From Gammaproteobacteria bacterium (GTDB lineage Bacteria; Pseudomonadota; Gammaproteobacteria; G965277405): 64,000 nt of DNA. The stretch covers positions 448,001 to 512,000 of the forward strand of contig OZ255726.1 in NCBI GenBank assembly GCA_965277405.1, read 5' to 3'. This document shows, piece by piece, positions 8,240 to 16,232 of the stretch (position 1 is the first letter of the stretch; every line of letters begins with the position of its first letter). The notes beneath the pieces were generated by a model, which worked only from the letters and a program-made list of their open reading frames with translations, had not been told where the DNA came from and ran no database searches. The translations under genes and the position numbers were made by a program.

Positions 8240-11095
8240 CTAGCCACCCATTCCATTGATAAAAGTCTCTACAAAATTTACTGTTTTATTTAAAATCCTA
8301 TCTCCAACAGCTTTACGGTTTAAAATATTAGGCTTAACACCTTCTATTAAATCTAATAAGTCATCACGTAATGGCTCTCTTTCTGCATACAGATAATCTT
8401 CAATGAGCTTTTGTGTTTTTTCTGATGATAAATTTTCTTCTTTTACAAATACTGCAAATGCCTTTTGCTGTTCTTCTGCCCAGAATTTATCAAACTCTTG
8501 TGGTATAGTTGCAGAATCTGCTATCGCAGGTAAATTATCTTCTATAAACTTTTCTATCAACTCTCTTTTACTTCTTAAATTAGCTTCTCCAGTTAATAAA
8601 TCTACAACCTCTTTACGCTTTGCTTCTCGTTCTGATTTTTTAACATCTTTTAAAGTTGCCAATAGTTTTAAAATATATGTAACATTAATTTCGTCTCTAT
8701 GAATCAATTCTAATTCAAAATCTACATCATCGAGTATAGACACTTTTTCTTTGGCAGTATCGAGTTTTGTCTTTTGCCATAAATCCAGATACTTGCTGCT
8801 GTAATCGTTAAACAACTGCTCTTGCATTGCCAAATTTTCCCAATTGAAATCAGCAAAAGTTGTCATTACGTTTTTTATACGCATCAGCTCTCTAAAAGCT
8901 CGGATAAATTCTAATTCGTCTGCTTCACTCAGCAAATCATCAACACTATTTACAGTTGGTGCTATTTTTAATAAGTTTACAAACGCCTCATTGAATTTTT
9001 GCGTATATTCTTCTTGCGGCTTCATTATAACAACATCTATAGCTTCTTTGTTACCAAAGAGTGTTATCGCTTGATCTGTCGCTTTTTTAAGATTGCGAAA
9101 CACTACGATATTACCTTGAGATTTCTGCTCGTTGACAATTCTATTTGTCCGTGAGTACGCTTGTATTAAACCGTGATATTTTAAATTTTTATCTACGTAT
9201 AAGGTGTTTAATGACGGACTGTCGAAACCTGTTAAGAACATATTTACCACTAATAAAATATCTATTTTTTGCTCTTTTACTTTCTTCGATATATCGTTGT
9301 AATAATTATAAAATGATTGGCTATCTTTTGTTGAAAAATTAGAGCCAAACATTTCGTTATAATGCCCTATATAACTGGCTAACTTATCTCTTTTATGTAT
9401 ATTTAAACCGTATAAGGCTGGCGATTCTGCTACTACCGATACCTCTTCTGGAATATATCCGTTGGCATCTGCATCTTCTTCGTTGGCTACATAACTAAAT
9501 ATGGTTGCTATTGTTAGATTGTGTGTGCCTTCTTCTTTTTTACGCTGTAGAATATCATAATAATTTACCAACATATCTGTACCACCGACACAAAACATTG
9601 CTGTAAATTCTCTGTTATGCGTTTTGCGGTTGTGATTTGCAATAATATAATCTACTATCTTTTCTAAGCGCTTTGATGATTCCATTAACTCTTTACGGTC
9701 TATGTCCTCTACTTCAATATCTATTGCTGTAGCAGATTTTTTTTGTTGGTATTTGCCGACATATTCTACTGCAAATTTTAGTACGTTTTCATCTTGTATA
9801 GCATCTGTAATAACGTATTTATGCAAGCAGTTGCCAAACAATTCTTTAGTAGTGCGTTTGCCTAATTCGTTTTTAACTGCATTGTCTGCAAATATTGGCG
9901 TTCCTGTAAAACCAAACATTTGGTAATTGTTAAAAAATTCTTTGATACGCCTATGTGTTTCCCCAAATTGACTGCGATGGCACTCATCAAAAATAAAGAC
10001 AATACGCTCATCTTTTAGTTGTTCCATTTTAGCTAAATAGCTCTTGTTACTAATAGCTGTATTTAGCTTTTGAATGGTGGTTACAATAATTTTGGTGTCA
10101 TCACTAAATTGTTTTACCAATGCTTTGGTATTGTCTGTACCATCTATACTACCCTTAGAGAAACTATTAAATTCTCTGGTAGTTTGGTAATCTAAATCTT
10201 TTCTATCAACCACAAATGCCACTTTTTGAATCTCTGGCATTTTCATAATAATTTGACTTGCCTTAAATGATGTTAGCGTTTTTCCTGAGCCTGTGGTATG
10301 CCATATATAACCGTTGTGTGTACTATTATTTACCTTGTCAATAATGCTTTCTACTGCATAGTATTGATACGGTCTAAGCACCATTAATATTTTATGGGTT
10401 TCGTTTAACACAATGTACTTACATATCATTTTAGAGATATGACAAGGTTCTAAAAACTCATTTGCAAACCCATTGAGAATATTAGTTACACGCTTGTTTT
10501 CTTTATTTGTCCAATAGAATGTCTGCTTAAAAGATTGACGCTTATTGTTTGCATAGTATTTGGTATTTACACCGTTGCTAATTACAAATATCTGTACATA
10601 TTGAAACAAAGCCGATTTGGCTGCGAACGAATGGCTTTGATAACGGTTTATTTGCTTAAAAGCTTCTTTTATTTCCAAGCCTCTACGTTTTAATTCTATT
10701 TGCACTAGGGGTAGGCCATTTACTAATAAGCTAAGGTCGTAACGGTTTTTATAACTCCCCTCTATAGTTACTTGACTAGTAACTTGATATTGATTTTGAC
10801 ACCAATGCTCGGTATTTAGAAACTCAAAATATAAGTTATCGCCATTATCTCTGACAATATGTTGTTTTTCTCTCAGGGTTTTAGCTTTTTCAAATACAGA
10901 GCCTTTAGTTAGTATATTGAGTACACGGTCAAATTCTTTAGCAGTAAACATAATATTGTTATTATGTTTTTCTAACTGTGTTTTTAGGTTCGCTAATAAG
11001 GAGGCTTCATTGGGGATACTTACTTTGGTATAACCAATGTTTGTCAACTGTTGTATTAACTGTTTTTCTAATATTTGTTCTGTTTGTGTATTCAT
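8240..11095 (-). CDS. hsdR: Type I restriction enzyme R subunit (EcoR124-like)
   Basis: YD...QIELK nuclease motif, WHTTGSGKT Walker A, DECH, FTGTP, LTGFD, QAYSRTNR. Confidence 0.96.
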   Translation of the reverse strand: MNTQTEQILEKQLIQQLTNIGYTKVSIPNEASLLANLKTQLEKHNNNIMFTAKEFDRVLNILTKGSVFEKAKTLREKQHIVRDNGDNLYFEFLNTEHWCQNQYQVTSQVTIEGSYKNRYDLSLLVNGLPLVQIELKRRGLEIKEAFKQINRYQSHSFAAKSALFQYVQIFVISNGVNTKYYANNKRQSFKQTFYWTNKENKRVTNILNGFANEFLEPCHISKMICKYIVLNETHKILMVLRPYQYYAVESIIDKVNNSTHNGYIWHTTGSGKTLTSFKASQIIMKMPEIQKVAFVVDRKDLDYQTTREFNSFSKGSIDGTDNTKALVKQFSDDTKIIVTTIQKLNTAISNKSYLAKMEQLKDERIVFIFDECHRSQFGETHRRIKEFFNNYQMFGFTGTPIFADNAVKNELGKRTTKELFGNCLHKYVITDAIQDENVLKFAVEYVGKYQQKKSATAIDIEVEDIDRKELMESSKRLEKIVDYIIANHNRKTHNREFTAMFCVGGTDMLVNYYDILQRKKEEGTHNLTIATIFSYVANEEDADANGYIPEEVSVVAESPALYGLNIHKRDKLASYIGHYNEMFGSNFSTKDSQSFYNYYNDISKKVKEQKIDILLVVNMFLTGFDSPSLNTLYVDKNLKYHGLIQAYSRTNRIVNEQKSQGNIVVFRNLKKATDQAITLFGNKEAIDVVIMKPQEEYTQKFNEAFVNLLKIAPTVNSVDDLLSEADELEFIRAFRELMRIKNVMTTFADFNWENLAMQEQLFNDYSSKYLDLWQKTKLDTAKEKVSILDDVDFELELIHRDEINVTYILKLLATLKDVKKSEREAKRKEVVDLLTGEANLRSKRELIEKFIEDNLPAIADSATIPQEFDKFWAEEQQKAFAVFVKEENLSSEKTQKLIEDYLYAEREPLRDDLLDLIEGVKPNILNRKAVGDRILNKTVNFVETFINGMGG

Positions 11096-11139
11096 TTGTT
11101 CTATTAAAATATGCCTAAGGAAAGATATCCTCTATTATT

Positions 11140-12044
11140 TTAATTTTCTGACCATAATGGATTTAATTCCCAATTATTTAGAAAACCTAATTTATATATA
11201 GGAACGTTTGGATTATTTCTAATAAGTTCAATAATTTTATCTTTGATATGAAGATCAGGAGCAACTTCGTTTGAAAGATAAACTAATGTTGAAATAATTA
11301 AAAAAGGTTTCTTTTTTTGCACTTCAGTTATTGGTGAATTTAACCAATCATACATTGGGTTTATAATGTTATCAGTTGGTCTAATAGCCATACTTCTGCT
11401 CCAAAGTCTTGAATGGTGAGCAATAATATTTCTTACATAAACTATCGCCCCTAACCAACTTGAAAGTTCACTATGAAGGTGTAATCCCATTTCTTTCGCT
11501 ATTTGCGTCTTTTCTGGAAGCTGGTGTTTAATGTTTTTGTATAATTTAGAAAGACTACCCATTGAGACAACCTCTAAAGTCTTCCAAGACTCAGCATCAA
11601 TCTTAGGATACTTTCTTTTATGGTCTCTTATAAAAATTTCACTACTTCTATTAAATTCCTTATTCATGATTGCAACAGAAGATAAGTGATGGTTTGTATT
11701 TGTAAAAAATGAAACGTTTAAATGCCATAAAGCATCATATCGTAAAGACATATGATAAATCATTTTTGTTCTTAATGCTATTTCTATTCTTTCTATAGCA
11801 TCAAATAAGATTAGTTTTAAATGCCTATCAAAATTATAGCGCTCAATTACAGTTTCAAAATAAGTGTTTGGGTGAAATTTATGTTGTACAAAATCACATT
11901 GCATATCCCACCAATAGCTTTTAATCGATAATAACTTATTGTGGATAAAAAATGAGTTGCAGAAACCTCATCTTTAAACAGCATATCTCTGTCCTTGAGT
12001 TGCTGTAATTGTTGTGCTATGCTAAGCGTTGGTTTAGAAGTCAT
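11140..12044 (-). pseudogene. Abi_2 / AbiF(AbiD)-family HEPN protein, split by a 1-nt frameshift near 11918
   Basis: KPTLSIAQQLQQLKDR...ISYYRLK in one frame; YWWDMQ...YNFDRHLK...IERIEIALR...VRNIIAHHSRLW (R-x4-H) in the next. Confidence 0.82.
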
Positions 12045-12054
12045 AGCTTAAATA

Positions 12055-12100
12055 AAATGACCCGAGTGCAGTTCTTATGGTATGCAACTCGGGTTCTGTT
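12055..12100 (-). ncRNA. Putative abiF-type hairpin RNA (candidate antitoxin / leader RNA)
   Basis: Minus strand ACCCGAG(T)TGCA-TACCATAAGAAC-TGCACTCGGGT: 11-bp stem with one bulge and a 12-nt loop, ending 15 nt before the Abi ATG. AbiF genes are known to carry an upstream structured RNA. Confidence 0.6.
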
Positions 12101-12172
12101 ACTACAAAGCTACAAACTTTATACCAATTTTGACGACTTTCTACCAATTTTTACGAATTTTTAACATTTTCA

Positions 12173-13693
12173 CTATACCAACATCTGTTGTAATAAGCCT
12201 TTTTTATAGAATTTTGTATGTTCTATTTTTTTATTGGTCAATTCTATTTTTTTATCTATTGATGATAGGAAATTGGCGATTTTTTGTTGTTCTCTGGGTA
12301 GTGGAACATTAAGATTCAAAGAAGCAAGTTGTTTATTATATAAATGAACAACAGAATTGCCTTGTGCTAATTTAGCTATATCCATTTTTTTACTGTTATT
12401 CAATAAATAAGATAGGAATACACCATTTAGTTTAGATTTAATTATGTTCAAATCTCCTCCTAAAATCACACCCTTTTTCAAAACACAAGAAGCTGTGGCA
12501 ATATCTAACCGTGTTTCACCTGAAGAAGGTATAATAACATCATTTTCTTCACTTAATACAGAGTCCCTTAAAGGAACATTTGTTTTATAAATTATTGAAT
12601 TAATTACTTCATTGTATGTCGTGTAAAGTTCTCCATAACGAATACATTCATTTACACCATCACTGACAATATCACTTTTTGAAACTCCTTTACCTTTTAA
12701 AAATTTCGCAATATTTCCCAACTTCTTCTCCTCCCATTCCCCTTCAAACTCATTCCCATTATCATCTTTAAACCTCAACTCTTGTTTAAAGATTTTTTGC
12801 ATTACCCCTTTTTTGTATTGCTCTAAAAGAGTTTTCTTTTTTTCTAAGGTTTTGACACGGTTATCTATGGCTGTTAGGAAATTGGCGATTTTTTGTTGTT
12901 CTTTTTTTTCGTTTGGAAAATAAACTTCCATTTGCCTTAGGTTGGTATTATATAGTCTTTTAATAATTCCACCATCAGATGTTTGCCATCTTAGAGTTGA
13001 ATAACAATAAAATAGAAAAGTATTTAGTATTTGTTGTTCATTATTTTCAAGCCAAACAATATTTGAATCCTGATAATATGCATCCGAACCATCATATACT
13101 ACTAATCTTCCAATAGTTCCAGATGCAGAAATAAGTATATCACCAATATTTGGAAACGAATACAGACTCTTATACTTTTTATATAAATCAATTGGAATAT
13201 ATGAATCAGAATCACTGCCAAATGTTCCAATTTTGTAAAAAGGGACAGAGTTATTTGACTCAGTCGTTGTTTGCTCTTTAAAAATCCTTTTACACATCAA
13301 AGGTCTTCCAATATTTCCTAATTTCTTCTCCTCCCATTCCCCTTTAAACTCAGGAAACCGCAATCGAGGAATATTCTTCTTTAAGGATATAGGAAAAGGA
13401 ATTTTACACGTATTTATAATTTGTTTAAATGAGGTTGAAACCTCATTAATATCTATAATATCTACCTTGTACGGCAGCAAAGAATCATCTAAATCATCTC
13501 TTAAACTCGCCAATATCATTGGTGAAATAATAGTACTATGTTCCAAAGCAATATCCAAATCAGAATTGTATTTGGTTTGGTTTTTTGCCCTAGAGCCAAA
13601 CACCCATACTTTACAATCTGTAGTAAGATGTTTTTGTAGAATATCTCTTATAATATAAAATTCCTTTGGGCTAATATCAAAATTAATCTTCAT
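12173..13693 (-). CDS. hsdS: Fusion of minimal nucleotidyltransferase (MNT) and type I RM specificity subunit
   Basis: First ~100 aa contain VWVFGSRAKNQTKYNSDLDIA (GS-x10-DxD) and LPYKVDIID. Then IPRLRFPEFKGEWEEKKLG and two TRDs, each followed by EQQKIANFL...KKGxxQ. Confidence 0.9.
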   Translation of the reverse strand: MKINFDISPKEFYIIRDILQKHLTTDCKVWVFGSRAKNQTKYNSDLDIALEHSTIISPMILASLRDDLDDSLLPYKVDIIDINEVSTSFKQIINTCKIPFPISLKKNIPRLRFPEFKGEWEEKKLGNIGRPLMCKRIFKEQTTTESNNSVPFYKIGTFGSDSDSYIPIDLYKKYKSLYSFPNIGDILISASGTIGRLVVYDGSDAYYQDSNIVWLENNEQQILNTFLFYCYSTLRWQTSDGGIIKRLYNTNLRQMEVYFPNEKKEQQKIANFLTAIDNRVKTLEKKKTLLEQYKKGVMQKIFKQELRFKDDNGNEFEGEWEEKKLGNIAKFLKGKGVSKSDIVSDGVNECIRYGELYTTYNEVINSIIYKTNVPLRDSVLSEENDVIIPSSGETRLDIATASCVLKKGVILGGDLNIIKSKLNGVFLSYLLNNSKKMDIAKLAQGNSVVHLYNKQLASLNLNVPLPREQQKIANFLSSIDKKIELTNKKIEHTKFYKKGLLQQMLV

Positions 13694-14114
13694 AAAAAGT
13701 TTTTAGCTTTTGTAAAAAATATTCAGCCTCTGATAAAAAAGCAGGAATTTCTGCCACAATATCTATCGCAATATTTTCGTTATAACTATTAGAAGTTGTG
13801 TTGCTATTTTGCCTGTACACAGCCCATACATCCCAACTATGGAGTAAAATCCCTTTACTAAACCCCTCTCTTATAAGTTTTTGAAAAGAATATTCTTTAA
13901 TTTCACTTGGGGTTTCTGGAATATTAGCAAGGTGTCTTCTCAGCATTTTGGTAGTTAATTCATAAGAATACTCAAAACGCTTAATACAAGCATCTCTAAT
14001 ATATTCACTATAACTATTTTTATTGCTGTGAAAATAAGATAACGCTTTTTTAAAACTTTCTAAAGCGTTTTCTAAGGAACTTATATCTAATTTTTCATTA
14101 AAATTATTATTCAT
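13683..14114 (-). CDS. HI0074-type HEPN protein (nucleotidyltransferase substrate-binding family), catalytic motif degenerate
   Basis: RDACIKRFEYSYEL, FQKLIREG; YRQNSNTTSNSYNE where the family has R-N-x-T-S-H-x-Y; overlaps the MNT-hsdS start. Confidence 0.88.
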   Translation of the reverse strand: MNNNFNEKLDISSLENALESFKKALSYFHSNKNSYSEYIRDACIKRFEYSYELTTKMLRRHLANIPETPSEIKEYSFQKLIREGFSKGILLHSWDVWAVYRQNSNTTSNSYNENIAIDIVAEIPAFLSEAEYFLQKLKTFYED

Positions 14115-14117
14115 ATT

Positions 14118-15752
14118 CTAAAATGGTGTCTCAATACCTAATTCTTTACAAAAAGAAGCAATAATATCGTCTGTTTTCTTTAAATTTAAATCTAATATTT
14201 GTATTTCTTTAGCAACTACCTTAATATTTACTTGCTCTTCTTCTGCAGAAGTATCGACATAACGAGGTATATTAAGGTTGTAATCGTTCTCAGCTATTTC
14301 ATCTAAGGAGGCTGTATAGCTGTATTTGTCTTCAATTTTACGCCCCCTATATGTAGTTATTAATTTATCTATATGAGCTTGTCTTAAAACATTTTGGGTT
14401 TTTACCTTTTCAAAATGTTTGCTCGCATCAATAAATAAAATATTTTTAGGGTTTTCTCTACATTTTTTAAATACCAAAATACAAGTAGGGATGCCTGTAC
14501 CATAAAATATATTGGCAGGTAAACCAATAACAGCATCTAAATAATTTTTTTCTTCAATTAAATATTTACGGATATGAGCTTCGGCACCACCTCTAAATAA
14601 CGCCCCATGTGGCAATACTAATGCCATACTGCCGTTATCGTCTAAATGATATACCATATGCTGTACAAAAGCAAAATCTGCCTTATTCCTCGGTGCTAAT
14701 TTACCGTATTGGCTAAACCTATCGTCACTCATAAAGAGTTGGCTAGCACTCCACTTTGCAGAAAATGGCGGATTGGCTACAATAGCCTCAAAACGCAGGT
14801 CTATATGTTGTGGGTGTTCTAAGGTATCTTCTTGCTTAATATCAAATTTGCGATAATGTAAATCGTGTAATATCATATTCATACGTGCTAAGTTGTAGGT
14901 AGTACGGTTGAGTTCTTGGCCGTAAAAGTTGTTTACGTTATTATCTACTTCTTTGGCTACACGTAATAGTAATGAACCGCTGCCACAACTTGGGTCATAT
15001 ACCGATTTTAGTTTTTTTTTTCCTGTGGTTACCAATTTAGCCAATACCATGCTTACCTGTTGCGGTGTATAAAATTCGCCTGCTTTTTTACCTGCTCCAC
15101 TGGCAAATTTGCCAATTAGATATTCATAGGCATCGCCCAATACATCTGATTCGGTTTGTTCTAATTTAAAATCAATTTTACTTAAATGTGCGAGTACTTT
15201 AGCAATAATTTCATTACGCGCCGCTGGTGTTTTACCTAATTTGGTGGAGTTTAAATCCATATCCTCAAAGAGGTTGTCAAAATCTTCTTCACTATCCGTA
15301 CCCATTGTACTGTTTTGGACGTTGATGAGGATTTTTTGTAAATCTTCTAGTATAAAATTATGCTTGGTATGGTAGGTTGCTGTCGTGTCTTTTGTTATAT
15401 TATTACTTTCTTTAATACCTTCATTGTGATTGCCGCGTTTTGCGACAGCAGAAAATAATTCTGACGGTTTTAAGAAGTATCCTAATCCCCCCCCTACTAA
15501 AGAGTTTTCGCTTATTGCTTTGATATATTTTTTTCCTGTTTCTGTATTTTCGTCTATAGCGGCAAACAAAAATGTATCGCCTCCTTCTTTAATAATTTTA
15601 TTAGCATATATTTCCATTTTTTCGGATAAGTATTTATAGAAAATAAAGCCTAATATATAATCACGAAACTCATCTGCATTCATTTTACCCCTAAGGGTAT
15701 TGGCAATATTCCAAAGTTGTTGTTCTAATTGTTTTTTATAGTCTTCTGACAT
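14118..15752 (-). CDS. hsdM: Type I RM methyltransferase (m6A)
   Basis: LWNIANTLRG, GEFYTPQQVS, YDPSCGSGSLL (motif I), ANPPF (motif IV), YNLNIPRYVD; likely start ATG 15752. Confidence 0.96.
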   Translation of the reverse strand: MSEDYKKQLEQQLWNIANTLRGKMNADEFRDYILGFIFYKYLSEKMEIYANKIIKEGGDTFLFAAIDENTETGKKYIKAISENSLVGGGLGYFLKPSELFSAVAKRGNHNEGIKESNNITKDTTATYHTKHNFILEDLQKILINVQNSTMGTDSEEDFDNLFEDMDLNSTKLGKTPAARNEIIAKVLAHLSKIDFKLEQTESDVLGDAYEYLIGKFASGAGKKAGEFYTPQQVSMVLAKLVTTGKKKLKSVYDPSCGSGSLLLRVAKEVDNNVNNFYGQELNRTTYNLARMNMILHDLHYRKFDIKQEDTLEHPQHIDLRFEAIVANPPFSAKWSASQLFMSDDRFSQYGKLAPRNKADFAFVQHMVYHLDDNGSMALVLPHGALFRGGAEAHIRKYLIEEKNYLDAVIGLPANIFYGTGIPTCILVFKKCRENPKNILFIDASKHFEKVKTQNVLRQAHIDKLITTYRGRKIEDKYSYTASLDEIAENDYNLNIPRYVDTSAEEEQVNIKVVAKEIQILDLNLKKTDDIIASFCKELGIETPF

Positions 15753-15859
15753 TGTGGGTCTCAATTGTTGCAATCATCAAAATATAAATCTTTAGGGTCA
15801 GTAGTTACGAACATATTATTTTGATTGATATGCCTTATCGGCTGTAACCATGCTCTTAA

Positions 15860-16148
15860 GGAAGCTCTGATGAAGCCCATGATGGGCGAGACGGAGAAAA
15901 AACGCTGCTGATAACTAGCCGCAGTGCGCAGATAATACTGGTGGTCTTGTGGGTGCTGCCAAGTGCTGCAACGACGTTAGCGTAGTGTTTTTTCCCGTCC
16001 TGCTGTTGAATATACTTTGGGTTTGCGGCAGCGGTACTTGTGCTGTGCTGCATCCCTTGGCGTATATGCTACGGCATGCGGTTTGCGCCTTGCAATCATC
16101 AGTAATTGCCAGCAAACTCGCTCCATCAGCGAGTTAATCAGAGCTTCC
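15860..16148 (-). mobile_element. MITE full copy (289 bp)
   Basis: TTAA|GGAAGCTCTGATGAAG ... GAGTTAATCAGAGCTTCC; reverse complement of copy 1. Confidence 0.9.
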
Positions 16149-16232
16149 CATGAGGAATCTCTGCGTAAAACCGTGCTTAGAATTTGATTGCAGCATAAAC
16201 TTGAATGGCTGCTATACAACATGTTGTTGCTG

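Noticed and set aside
12266-13352. Direct repeats inside hsdS (EWEEKKLGNI and EQQKIANFL coding blocks)
   Set aside because: These are the normal conserved regions flanking the two TRDs. There are no inverted repeats, silent hsdS copies or invertase, so this is not a shufflon.
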